The translations under genes were made by a program, and so were the position numbers. DNA of 46,029 nt from a virus, in the IMG/VR virus record IMGVR_UViG_3300017527_000489; one strand, given 5' to 3'. Of the stretch, positions 1 through 9,010 are shown piece after piece. The notes below the pieces were generated by a model. That model ran no database searches and had not been told where the DNA came from. It saw nothing but the letters and a program-made list of their open reading frames with translations. Positions within the stretch are counted from its first letter, which is position 1. Each line of letters opens with the position of its first letter.

Positions 1-99
1 ACTATTATTCCAACAGTATAGGCGACTGTGACTGCTAAATTTATCACGGCTGCTATAATATCCCCCAAATCCCAAGCGGTAACAGCGCCAGCACCTAAG
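1..99. repeat. 99-bp terminal direct repeat, identical to 45931..46029 (circular-assembly overlap or terminal redundancy)
   Basis: Read directly: bases 1-99 equal 45931-46029 base for base, and an ORF crosses the junction in frame. Confidence 0.95.
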
Positions 100-689
100 C
101 CTACGGATTGCCCGACTACAGGAGTAACCCCGTTTATCAAGTCGGTTGTTTGCTCTGCTATGGATTGGATAGACTCAACAAGTTCTTTTGTGAGCATAAA
201 TGTACTGATAGAAAGCAAAAGCAATTCTACACCATCTGGAATGTAATTAATAACATAGGGTACTCCGCTATAGTCGCTTGATGTAATTTTACCAGCACCG
301 TTGTAGCTATCACTAGCAAGGTATCTATAAGAAAAGCTTTCTGCATTCTCTTTCATCCAGTCCTCACCTTGTAGCTTTTTGAGGGCAATTGCTATGATGT
401 TAGGGGCTATTATCGTGGGTTCGTCTGTTGCATCTAAATAGCCGTTATAAGTTAACACAGGGTTTAGGGGTTCGCCCACCTCTATGTCATAAGGGATGCC
501 CTCAAAATAGCCTTTTGTGTTTAGTATTTCTTGTATATCAGTAGCAGACTGCCCCTTAAATAGCAAGTTATCTAGTTTTATGGTAGCGTCTATTTTACCC
601 TTTTCCCAACTAGCTACAACTTTGAATTGTTGCCAGTTTTCGGGTTCTTCGACTTGTTGACCGTTTAAATAGTGTCTAGAATTTGCCAT
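1..689 (-). CDS. Tail-module protein, N-terminal 229 codons of a gene that wraps the contig ends (continues at 45930..44817; about 600 aa in total)
   Basis: ATG at 689. Manual translation MANSRHYLNGQQVEEPENWQQFKVVASWEKGK... stays open to base 1 and joins ...AWDLGDIIAAVINLAVTV of ORF 44817..45998 through the overlap. Absent from the ORF track because it hits the window edge. Lies directly downstream of the tape measure gene. Confidence 0.8.
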   Translation of the reverse strand, partial: MANSRHYLNGQQVEEPENWQQFKVVASWEKGKIDATIKLDNLLFKGQSATDIQEILNTKGYFEGIPYDIEVGEPLNPVLTYNGYLDATDEPTIIAPNIIAIALKKLQGEDWMKENAESFSYRYLASDSYNGAGKITSSDYSGVPYVINYIPDGVELLLLSISTFMLTKELVESIQSIAEQTTDLINGVTPVVGQSVGLGAGAVTAWDLGDIIAAVINLAVTVAYTVGII

Positions 690-789
690 TTAATATTTTT
701 ATTACTATATTGAGACATAACAAGCACATCAAGCTTTTGTTTATTAAAGAAATAGCCTTGAAGATACTCCAATATCTATCAAGGTTTTT

Positions 790-3348
790 TTATTTCCCTC
801 TCAATATTTCCCTTCTAATTATTTTCATATTCTCTTTATTCTCTGTTTTTATCATACTGTAAACAGCTTTATAGAGCTTTTCTACCTCAATACTTACATT
901 AGGTTGTGAGGCTAATTGTTTTCTAATTCCTTGTAATTCTTGCAGCATTTGACTATCGTTAAGCACTTGACTATCCGACTTACTAACGCCACTTTCAAAC
1001 GCCTGTTTTTGCTTAGAAAACAAGCTTTGAGTAGTTGCGCCCTGTGGCTGAAAATGGTCGCTCATTGCTTCCCCAAACTCACTACCGCTTTTACCTGTCA
1101 ACCCATAGGCGGCTGTATCTTTTGCATTTACGATATATTCTTTACCATGCGTATAGTATAAACCAGCTATTTGTTTTTGACCTACGTCACCAGTATATCC
1201 GCCTTTCTCAAATCCTGTTGCAAGTAATGTTAATAAGCTTATGTCAGTCAATGCGTTTTGCAAAGCGTTTTCATCTCCACTAGTAGCATAAGCAGTCACC
1301 AAAGAGAACAAAGCGGCTATCTTTTGAGCCTGTTCAGCTTCTTTTTGTCTGCGTTGTGCTTCTGCTTGGCGTTTAGCTAATTGTTCTTCTTCAAATACTA
1401 AATTCGTTTCCAGCCCTTCGGCTGCTCTTTGTCTTGCTGCGCTTAGGTTTTCGGCTTGCTTATCAACACTTTCCTTTGCTAAGTCGGCTTGTTTGGTGAA
1501 TAATTCGGTAATTAATTCGCCTACCTTGGCGGCATTCTCCCTAACAGACTCTAATAATTCATCGTTAGACTTTTTCTTTTTGGTATTCGCTTCTTCTACT
1601 AGTGCGACCTCTTCATTCAAGATAGCCGCTTGTTTATCTAGTTCATCCTGTTGTACACTAATAGTACTAAGTTCCTCGGTTTTTAGAGCAAATTCCTTGC
1701 GGATATTCAACAAGTTTTCTTGATGCGTTTTTAATTGCTCAACTTCTAAATTATCATGTATTCCTTGTAGTGCTAGAATGTCTTTATTAGCCTGTTCTCT
1801 AAATGCTGCTAGTTCTTCGCTACCTTCGCCAAACAAGTCTATAATTTGCGCCTCCTGTGTTGCTATTTGGGCTTTTAATAACTCAAAGTTGTTAGCCCGT
1901 TGCGATTGCTCCACCTTAAAACGTTCATCCTCTAAAGCGGTTAGTTGCGTCTGCCTGTCCTCAATGTTATTTATCTCCGCATCAGTCAACTTTTTACCTA
2001 GTTCTTCGATTGCTTCTAGGCGTTCTTTTTCACTTGTTTGTATCTCAATTAATAGGCTCTTTTGCTTTTCGAGTAGCTTGTTTTGTTCCTCAATAGCTTT
2101 CTTTCTTGCCTCGGATTGGGCTGCTAATTTCTCGCCTGTGGTGGCTTCTACTTTTTGGTTTTTATTAAACTCTTCTTGTTCAGCTAAAACAGCATTATAA
2201 CCCTCTTTGAACTTGTCTATAATGGCACTCGTATTGATAGCATTGTTTTGTATTTGCCTGTCCAGTGCTGCTACCTTTCTATTGGCTGCGTCTAAGTCTC
2301 CGCCCGACAGTTTAGCGAATAGTCGTTCTACTTGTGCAATTGTTCTTTGTATCCTAAGAGATACCTCGTTAAACGTTCGACCTATTACCGCACCAAATTC
2401 TTTAAAGGCTGCTATTGTTCCCCCTAACAGGGCTGGTATCTTGGTTATGCTGGTTATTATGCCGTTGAATACCCATCCAATCTTACTAAATACCCATCCT
2501 AATATACTACCTTCTTTAGATACGCTAGCAATTTTACTAGCTACAAAGGCAAGTGTATTAAATAAACTAGTTAAAGGACCTGCTATAAAGTTTAGAAACT
2601 TCTCGGCTACTAATGTTAAATTCTGCTTGAGTATAGAGAACGAATCACTAAGCTTTTTGAATGCAGGATTGGAGTCCTTGCCAGCTTCGACAATGTCACC
2701 CAAAGCACCTGCCATACGTATAGCACCATCAATAATAGTACGACCTACAAAGACACGCATTAAGGTTTTACGCAGTCGTTTCATCCCCTTCTCGTAGTTG
2801 CCTACGCTGCGTCTGTGGTCTCCCGTTGCTTCCTCTAGTGCTTTTAATTGTCGTGTTAATTGCTTTTTGGTTGCTACTAATTTCTTACCTTCCTTTCCGT
2901 TTACCTGCTCCGCTACTGTTAGTTTTTTCCAGTCTAAAGTAACCAGCGATAATTGCGCCCTAAGGGCTGCTACTGATTGCTTTTCATTTGTCTGAATAAT
3001 AGCCAATTGCTTGGCACGTTGCATCTGTTCACGCCTTGCTAGTTTCTCTTTTTGTAGTTGTATTAGTAGTTCTTGGTTGGTTTCTAGGTTCTGCTTTTTG
3101 GCTTTCTCTAATAGTAGCTCTTGCTTAGTTAAGCTTTTCTTTGCTGTCTCTAATTTCTTAACATCCTTGGTAAGCTTCTCAATGGCTGCGGTGTCTTTTG
3201 GGGTTGCCTTATCGAAAGCCTTATCTAAGTCCTTCGCCATATCTAATAAGTCCGCCTTTAGAATTTTTATGTTCTTACGAAGTTCATCAAAACCACCTCC
3301 TACGTTTATCAGGTCGTCAAATTCTAATATAGCGTCACCTTCAGCCAT
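790..3348 (-). CDS. Tail tape measure protein
   Basis: 852 aa. Long coiled-coil K/E/Q-rich stretches plus internal Gly/hydrophobic segments (GALGDIVEAG, LLGGTIAAF). Preceded by a chaperone pair with a frameshift site and followed by tail genes. Confidence 0.8.
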   Translation of the reverse strand: MAEGDAILEFDDLINVGGGFDELRKNIKILKADLLDMAKDLDKAFDKATPKDTAAIEKLTKDVKKLETAKKSLTKQELLLEKAKKQNLETNQELLIQLQKEKLARREQMQRAKQLAIIQTNEKQSVAALRAQLSLVTLDWKKLTVAEQVNGKEGKKLVATKKQLTRQLKALEEATGDHRRSVGNYEKGMKRLRKTLMRVFVGRTIIDGAIRMAGALGDIVEAGKDSNPAFKKLSDSFSILKQNLTLVAEKFLNFIAGPLTSLFNTLAFVASKIASVSKEGSILGWVFSKIGWVFNGIITSITKIPALLGGTIAAFKEFGAVIGRTFNEVSLRIQRTIAQVERLFAKLSGGDLDAANRKVAALDRQIQNNAINTSAIIDKFKEGYNAVLAEQEEFNKNQKVEATTGEKLAAQSEARKKAIEEQNKLLEKQKSLLIEIQTSEKERLEAIEELGKKLTDAEINNIEDRQTQLTALEDERFKVEQSQRANNFELLKAQIATQEAQIIDLFGEGSEELAAFREQANKDILALQGIHDNLEVEQLKTHQENLLNIRKEFALKTEELSTISVQQDELDKQAAILNEEVALVEEANTKKKKSNDELLESVRENAAKVGELITELFTKQADLAKESVDKQAENLSAARQRAAEGLETNLVFEEEQLAKRQAEAQRRQKEAEQAQKIAALFSLVTAYATSGDENALQNALTDISLLTLLATGFEKGGYTGDVGQKQIAGLYYTHGKEYIVNAKDTAAYGLTGKSGSEFGEAMSDHFQPQGATTQSLFSKQKQAFESGVSKSDSQVLNDSQMLQELQGIRKQLASQPNVSIEVEKLYKAVYSMIKTENKENMKIIRREILRGK

Positions 3349-3691
3349 TATCTTTATTTTTCTTTTTTATGTGGTCTAGTAGGCTATAAAACCTAAAGAC
3401 AGTCATTTTATTAACATCTTCGCTAGTGTGTTCTGACACCGAAAAAACAAACTCCTCAAAATTTATATCTTCCTCTAATTCTGCATTGTTCTCTATGTAC
3501 ATATTCCAAACACGGGGCTTTGACAGCCTTAACATCTCCGCTTCATGCTCTTTTCTCTCTGTGTCTGTATCGTTACCAAGTAGCTTTTGAATCCTTGCGC
3601 CCAATTGTTTTAAAAGGGCTACGTTATAGTTTAAATCTACATAAAAATGTGAGGCGTGATAAATTCTTATTTCTTCCTCAATTTTTTTTTT
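3341..3691 (-). CDS. gpT-like -1 frameshift extension of the tail assembly chaperone (fusion product about 253 aa, 4101..3341)
   Basis: The frame of ORF 3341..3604 stays open upstream (IEEEIRIYHASHFYVDLNYNVALLKQLGARIQ...) right back to the A10 run at 3682-3691, with no ATG of its own. Its end overlaps the tape measure start. Confidence 0.6.
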   Translation of the reverse strand, partial: KKKIEEEIRIYHASHFYVDLNYNVALLKQLGARIQKLLGNDTDTERKEHEAEMLRLSKPRVWNMYIENNAELEEDINFEEFVFSVSEHTSEDVNKMTVFRFYSLLDHIKKKNKDNG

Positions 3692-4101
3692 AGATAAGTT
3701 ACCGTTTCATCCAAAAGTAATTTAGTAAAACCTATTTCATCAAGCTTATCTTGAATCTTATTCAAAGTGGATTCTTCAAAGTCCTCATATTGATGCCCGT
3801 TAATACTGTGAACCATAACAGCTAAAGCCATGCCTTTAGGGCTGTATTCTTCTAGTGCATGGTGCAAGGTATTCTCACGGTTTATTAATTCAGTTTCGGC
3901 ACTTTTATAGTCCTCTGCTCTTATGTATCCCAAGCTTCTACCGCCTCGTTTCCTGTAGTCTTCGATACTATCACCTACTCCTAAATCAATCATCAGGAAC
4001 TTATTAAAACGCTGATAACGCCTAATCGTTAGAAGCCTGTCTGAGTCAAAAAACTTAATTATGTGCTTTTGCTTTCCTTGTTTAATTTCTACTTCATGCA
4101 T
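3667..4101 (-). CDS. Tail assembly chaperone (gpG-like)
   Basis: 144 aa, immediately upstream of the tape measure gene. Ends with a slippery A-run and an open -1 frame, the canonical G/GT arrangement. Confidence 0.65.
   Translation of the reverse strand: MHEVEIKQGKQKHIIKFFDSDRLLTIRRYQRFNKFLMIDLGVGDSIEDYRKRGGRSLGYIRAEDYKSAETELINRENTLHHALEEYSPKGMALAVMVHSINGHQYEDFEESTLNKIQDKLDEIGFTKLLLDETVTYLKKKLRKK
3682..3691 (-). other. Slippery A10 run (CUA AAA AAA AAA UUG), candidate programmed -1 ribosomal frameshift site
   Basis: Ten consecutive T on the plus strand. It lies 5 codons before the stop of the 144-aa ORF, and the -1 frame is open to 3341. Confidence 0.6.
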
Positions 4102-4389
4102 TTATGTTAAATATTTCTTTGATAAAGAACTAATCGAAGCGCATAAAAAGCCCCAATATAAATAATTAATATCCCAATGATAGCAGGAATAAGCTATTGC
4201 GCCTATTGTTGCTGTGTGGTTCTCCATGCAAAACTCACATTCACTAACCCCTAATAAGAACCATTTCAAAGGTCGTATTTTTGTGCCATTACCTGCCCCC
4301 TCTAGTATTCGCATCAAGATATTATCTTTGTACAAAATACACATTACCCACCAGAACAGGAGATAAAAAACTATAAATTCTATTATCAT
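4102..4389 (-). CDS. Small Cys-rich membrane protein (accessory gene inside the tail module)
   Basis: 95 aa. N-terminal hydrophobic segment IIEFIVFYLLFWWVMCILY, about 8 Cys. Start is tightly abutted to the chaperone gene. Confidence 0.5.
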   Translation of the reverse strand: MIIEFIVFYLLFWWVMCILYKDNILMRILEGAGNGTKIRPLKWFLLGVSECEFCMENHTATIGAIAYSCYHWDINYLYWGFLCASISSLSKKYLT

Positions 4390-4649
4390 AATATTTTTGG
4401 TTGGTACTTTTTACTTCGCTTTAATTCTACTGCCTCCTTGTGTCTTAATTTTTTGTATTTCTTTAAAAAAGGGTAGCCTTTTTGGTCTTTGTTGTTTATT
4501 TTCAGGATGACCCATTCTTCATCAACAGAGTGACACATACGGTAACTCGTAGCTACTTTTAGCATCTCTTGATAGTTCGGGTCTTTTACTGGTACTTCGT
4601 AATATCTTGTATTGGGCATATTTTCTATGTTGGTACAAAGCCTTGCCAA
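4386..4649 (-). CDS. Hypothetical basic protein (true start probably ATG 4619, MPNTRYYEV...)
   Basis: 87-aa ORF. The annotated start overlaps the upstream gene; the internal ATG at 4619 lies just after that gene's stop (4625). Confidence 0.5.
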   Translation of the reverse strand: MARLCTNIENMPNTRYYEVPVKDPNYQEMLKVATSYRMCHSVDEEWVILKINNKDQKGYPFLKKYKKLRHKEAVELKRSKKYQPKIL

Positions 4650-6085
4650 TTAGCTAAAGCCATGTTTAAAGTTTGTACGCTATTTACAGTTACTGTTCCA
4701 TCATTCGGAAACCTAACATTATTGTATAGTTCTTGAGATAACCCGTTACTAAATCGAGGATTTAAAATCAGATTAGAAACGTCTTCTGGGGCTTTCGGCC
4801 TCCCTCCATTTTCGTCATCTGTTATAAATGCTTGGTTTTGTTCGGCAATCCAAATTCTAGGTTCTGTCATGTATCCAGCGAAAGGGTAAGCCATTCCTGC
4901 CGTGTTTCCAAGCATGGGAACTACAGCGTTAAGTATGCTAGATGTCACAATAGAATGCGTAATAGTTGGAGTTTGCAAGGCAGCATTAATATACATATTT
5001 ACACCGCTTGCATTGCCAGAGCCGTTAGAGGTCATAGAAACATGATTCCAAGCATTCAAGGTGATGGAAGCCGCTGGGGATGTCATTTGTATTTTGTTCG
5101 ATGCCGTAGCAGATATAGAAACAAACAAACTTCCATCGCTTCGCCCCCAAAATCTAAAACCGTTATTAGTTACTGTATTCTCCCACTTAGAATAAATTGA
5201 GCCGTTATGGTAGGATGTTATGTAAATCCAGCATGTAATAGTAATAGCCTGCGTGTAGTCAAAGTCGATACCTGCTACATTTGGCATTTCTATACCATCA
5301 TTTACCCCATCCAACAAGACCGACTTAGTATTTGCATACCCTGCGCCTCCGCAATATCTTGTTATAACATCCGTTTCTTGTTGTGTTGTGAGTGGAGCTA
5401 TTGACATGTCGTATGTCGGCAGGATACAATAGTCTTTATCATCTTGTGATAAGTTCTGCAATATAGCACCGCAACGGTTTAAGCTCACACCAGCGCAATC
5501 CTCTCTAAAGGTCATTACTAGGTCGAATCTAAAATAAGTCATGGGCAAATACTGCTTGCCTGTTTTCCCTGCTTCAATATCAATATCCCAGTCACTCCAA
5601 ACGCTTACAAAATCTCTTGTTTCGTTTACGGTTTCTAGTTGATAGGATTTGCCTAGTGCCTTTCTTTTTACCACTTGCCTTACATCTTCCATAAGATGTT
5701 CGGTAAAGTCCTCTGTTAATAGTAAGGTCGAGTCTATTGTTTTGAGGTTACAGGAGAATATTAAAGACACAGGATAGGACATGTAGTTAAACTTACCGAC
5801 ACTTTGATTTATGTTAGTTGCATCTCCTACGGTTATAAAGTTCTGTCCTTGTTTATCGTTATCGGGTGTCGATGGGAAATAACTAGTTTTTGAAGTGCCT
5901 AAGTATATTTGGGGTAGGAATTGAGTAACGCCATTCCCCCGTACTTTACTGAATGTGTAGGCTCTGCCCATTCCATTAGTCAGCCAAAGCAAATTAGTAT
6001 CTAGCAGCATTTGCAAGTCAATTACATGAGCATCTATACCCTTTGCTTGGGTTGCTGTCGGTATGGTAGGATTCTGAATACTCAT
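4625..6085 (-). CDS. Virion protein with C-terminal LamG/concanavalin-A-like lectin domain; candidate major tail (tube) protein by position
   Basis: 486 aa. The C-terminal half matches the Laminin_G_3 pattern (LLDGVNDGIEMPN..ITITCWIY..GFRFWGRSDGSLFVSI..NAWNHVSMT..MYINA). It is the last large gene before the chaperones. Confidence 0.55.
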   Translation of the reverse strand: MSIQNPTIPTATQAKGIDAHVIDLQMLLDTNLLWLTNGMGRAYTFSKVRGNGVTQFLPQIYLGTSKTSYFPSTPDNDKQGQNFITVGDATNINQSVGKFNYMSYPVSLIFSCNLKTIDSTLLLTEDFTEHLMEDVRQVVKRKALGKSYQLETVNETRDFVSVWSDWDIDIEAGKTGKQYLPMTYFRFDLVMTFREDCAGVSLNRCGAILQNLSQDDKDYCILPTYDMSIAPLTTQQETDVITRYCGGAGYANTKSVLLDGVNDGIEMPNVAGIDFDYTQAITITCWIYITSYHNGSIYSKWENTVTNNGFRFWGRSDGSLFVSISATASNKIQMTSPAASITLNAWNHVSMTSNGSGNASGVNMYINAALQTPTITHSIVTSSILNAVVPMLGNTAGMAYPFAGYMTEPRIWIAEQNQAFITDDENGGRPKAPEDVSNLILNPRFSNGLSQELYNNVRFPNDGTVTVNSVQTLNMALANWQGFVPT

Positions 6086-6525
6086 TATCTACTTATTATT
6101 GTTTGCCAGTTCTGCTTTAATATAGGCTTAGTGTACTTAATAATAAAATCCTTCATTAAGTCGCTTTGTATGCCTAGAATTACGTTATTTTCATAGTGAG
6201 TTACAAGGTACTTAAAATACTCCACATTAGCCGTAATTATCGCCTGTGTTGTGGTTGTATCAATTTGTATGCTTCTGTATAAGTCTCCTGTATCTTTTAG
6301 TGTTACTCTATTGGTCGGCTGTCCTTTTCTTCGCTTATATTGCTTGGTACTATCTGCATAGCTAGGAACAAAACTAATGTTTAGCGAGTCCTTGCCGCTA
6401 TCCATTTGGTCGGTTTGGTCGTCTATTAGAACACCCTTGTTTCTATCTATCGACTCTTTGATGCTTGGATTGATAGCTTTTTCAAGTGCGTTTATCTTTC
6501 TTATTAGTCGTTCCGCTGCTCCCAT
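6085..6525 (-). CDS. Hypothetical head-tail joining region protein
   Basis: 146-aa ORF in an operon-coherent position between capsid and tail genes. One-base overlap with the downstream gene. Confidence 0.45.
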   Translation of the reverse strand: MGAAERLIRKINALEKAINPSIKESIDRNKGVLIDDQTDQMDSGKDSLNISFVPSYADSTKQYKRRKGQPTNRVTLKDTGDLYRSIQIDTTTTQAIITANVEYFKYLVTHYENNVILGIQSDLMKDFIIKYTKPILKQNWQTIISR

Positions 6526-6712
6526 TTTCTACCGCCTTTTTAATTCTGTCAATAAAAGATTGCATTTCTGCTTTATGCTCTTTAGTTTCATCATAAAGCA
6601 CTTGTTTACTATCGCTTATAATAGAACTAATAGAAGAAATTATATCATACTTTTCTTGTATCTCTTGCTCAATCTTTGTGTTTTTCGGTTTAAGTGGGGT
6701 TGCTTGTATCAT
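6482..6712 (-). CDS. Hypothetical protein
   Basis: 76-aa ORF with a 4-nt overlap to the upstream gene. No recognisable motif. Confidence 0.4.
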   Translation of the reverse strand: MIQATPLKPKNTKIEQEIQEKYDIISSISSIISDSKQVLYDETKEHKAEMQSFIDRIKKAVENGSSGTTNKKDKRT

Positions 6713-7866
6713 CCCGCTGCCCCGTATTTAGTCTTAGGAAGTTTAGCACTTGGCAAACAATCACCTCTAACATTGCCCATGTCCAAATTTAAAGCTTCTA
6801 TGGCTTTTGATAGCTTTTGATTTAGTGGGGGGTTGTCAGTATCTGTCGTTCCTTCCAGGTCTCTAATTATCATTATTTTTACACTTTCCTCAATGTTGTT
6901 TAGCTGTGTGCTAGACTTCATCATTTCGAGTACCTTCATGGCAACTGCCAAACCTATTACATTGGCAAAGTTTCTCCTGTTGTCCTTCCAAAATTGAGTA
7001 AGGTCGCATCCAATTGTGATGTTAAAATTAAAACCCCAATTATTCGTATTGGTTTGAATAACTATCGAAGGGTTGAACATTGTACCCTTTGCAGGAAGTG
7101 ACGCACTAGGTACGTAAAATCCCTTCATCACTAAGCGGTTTCTAATGCTTTTATACTTAACATCATTCGCCTTTGCTGTAGCTCCACATTGATTACAATA
7201 CCCATTAAGCCAGTTCATAGCAGAATACTGGACAGCTTGCGAACTCTGTAAGGCTAAATCATCCTGATAGTATCCGATATACCAAGTTCCTCCAGAAATA
7301 ACACCATTATCAAAATCAAGTATCTGCCTATGTTCTTCCCATCCGAAAGAGTACGTTGCAGTAGATGAATATTGGAATATCGTAACAGGCGTGGTTTTGC
7401 TACTATGATAAACGTAGATATCTAAGTCAGTTACCGCAGCGGTTAAATACAGCCCAATTCGGTTAATTATAGCCCGTATGCCTGTCTCTTGCGACACTTC
7501 AAACATTACCCCACAAAAACGGCTTTCGTTCGTCATTGTAGCAGTTTTGCGACCGACATTATAAACTACATTGTTAGTTGCTATTGTTTTTCCAAAACGC
7601 CCCAATTGCTTCTCAGTAACTATTCGGTTTAGTACTTGTGTAATTCCATCAGTTTCTACATCTGCCAAGAACGTTGTAAGCGGTCTTTCATCTAGCAAAG
7701 AAGTGATATAGTCTAACCGTACCAGCTCATTAAAGCCTTGGTAATATTGACCAGATAGAGGCGTATCAGTATAAGGCGCACCAAGTGCAGGAATTTCGGC
7801 TGCGTTCCAAAAATCCTTCCAACTGACTACCGTTTTTAAAATATCTACAATGCTATTATCAAACAT
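6709..7866 (-). CDS. Hypothetical virion protein
   Basis: 385-aa ORF starting just after the capsid-gene terminator. No motif recognised. Confidence 0.5.
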   Translation of the reverse strand: MFDNSIVDILKTVVSWKDFWNAAEIPALGAPYTDTPLSGQYYQGFNELVRLDYITSLLDERPLTTFLADVETDGITQVLNRIVTEKQLGRFGKTIATNNVVYNVGRKTATMTNESRFCGVMFEVSQETGIRAIINRIGLYLTAAVTDLDIYVYHSSKTTPVTIFQYSSTATYSFGWEEHRQILDFDNGVISGGTWYIGYYQDDLALQSSQAVQYSAMNWLNGYCNQCGATAKANDVKYKSIRNRLVMKGFYVPSASLPAKGTMFNPSIVIQTNTNNWGFNFNITIGCDLTQFWKDNRRNFANVIGLAVAMKVLEMMKSSTQLNNIEESVKIMIIRDLEGTTDTDNPPLNQKLSKAIEALNLDMGNVRGDCLPSAKLPKTKYGAAG

Positions 7867-7871
7867 AATTT

Positions 7872-7911
7872 TTATAATAAAAGGGGCTTCTAAATGCGAA
7901 AGAAGCCCCCC
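7872..7911 (-). terminator. Intrinsic terminator after the major capsid gene
   Basis: Minus-strand RNA has GGGGCUUCU (7909-7901) paired with AGAAGCCCC (7891-7883), a 9-nt loop, then UUUUAUUAU. Confidence 0.7.
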
Positions 7912-7936
7912 GAAATTGACAAGTAAAAGCTTCTTT

Positions 7937-8995
7937 CTATGCTGTTAAAAAGTCTACTGCTCTAATTACACCACCTTTGGCTTGCGCACCGCTGCGGTAA
8001 GGAGTCAATATACCATAATGTACAGCAAATTGGTGTACTTCTTGTACTGCGGCTACATCGGCAGCGTTGCCAGTTAGTGCGTTAATGTCTGCGCAATCAG
8101 AATAGTACATAGTATCTATTTGAGTTTGCAGAACATCATCGTAAACAGTACCATAAATTTTTCCTGTAGTTGTCGGTCTAGCAGCTTTCTCATCTGGAGC
8201 ATTACGGAAAATCATCCCATAAGAACCTTTAGGAGTAATGTAGCAAGATGCATCTGATGCAGCCCCAACAGTTACGCTATTGGTGAAATTGAAGTCGAAC
8301 AAGCCCAGCTGATAAGCTTCGTTCGTGTCATTACCTGCGCCTTGTGCGCCCATTTCACGAACAATTGACTCTAAGTTTGTTGAACCCAAAACATCCATGC
8401 GACCGTAAATATCATCTGATTTTTGGATAGATGTATAGTCGTTAAATAGACCAGGGCGAAGGGCTAAAGAACATTGCAAGCGGTCGGCTACAAATGCCCC
8501 ATACTTGTTACCTGCTCCTATATAGCTATTCGTATACTGCGCTTCTGGTGCTTGGGCGGCTATTAAAGCGGTATCAACGGCAGTATCTAAATTTGCATAA
8601 AGCAAATGCATGTTGTCCGTATATTTACGAGCAAACTCTTGGTTGTAGCTAATTTCGTTTTGGTCGTTCTTGGTCTGTTCCATTGTAAAAGCAACAGATA
8701 CGGTTACCCAAGTAACGTTTACAAATGCACTAATAGCATCCGTTCCAGTTGCTGCACATGTGATTCCAGTACCCAAAGCACCTGCCGAAGTACTCATTAC
8801 AGGGATGTCAATTGTACGCCCCCAAGAGTTACGAGCCTTCATTATTAGGTCGTTAGAAATAATACCCGTTCCGCTGTTTGCGTATTGGATAGCTTTACTT
8901 AAAAGTCCGTACTCTGCTGTGCGAACATTATATTGGTCTAAAAGGTTAGGATAATTAATTTTTATGTTATCTAAAGCCGTGGCAGTCATCGCCAT
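7937..8995 (-). CDS. Major capsid protein (by position)
   Basis: 352 aa. Follows a scaffold-like gene and is followed by a strong terminator. Composition is typical of capsid proteins. No homology search was possible. Confidence 0.6.
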   Translation of the reverse strand: MAMTATALDNIKINYPNLLDQYNVRTAEYGLLSKAIQYANSGTGIISNDLIMKARNSWGRTIDIPVMSTSAGALGTGITCAATGTDAISAFVNVTWVTVSVAFTMEQTKNDQNEISYNQEFARKYTDNMHLLYANLDTAVDTALIAAQAPEAQYTNSYIGAGNKYGAFVADRLQCSLALRPGLFNDYTSIQKSDDIYGRMDVLGSTNLESIVREMGAQGAGNDTNEAYQLGLFDFNFTNSVTVGAASDASCYITPKGSYGMIFRNAPDEKAARPTTTGKIYGTVYDDVLQTQIDTMYYSDCADINALTGNAADVAAVQEVHQFAVHYGILTPYRSGAQAKGGVIRAVDFLTA

Positions 8996-9010
8996 AATTG
9001 ATAAAATTTA

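Noticed and set aside
940-3379. Series of plus-strand ORFs (65-196 aa) antisense to the tape measure gene
   Set aside because: They are Ser/Leu/Cys/Phe-rich mirror-frame products of a K/E/Q-rich coiled-coil gene. They have no operon context, and they overlap a much longer, better supported ORF on the other strand. The same reasoning applies to most other antisense track ORFs, for example 4832-5404, 8606-8954, 9936-10283, 10981-11566, 13112-13441, 14531-15339, 22040-22357, 26018-27410, 38573-39217 and 43139-43660.
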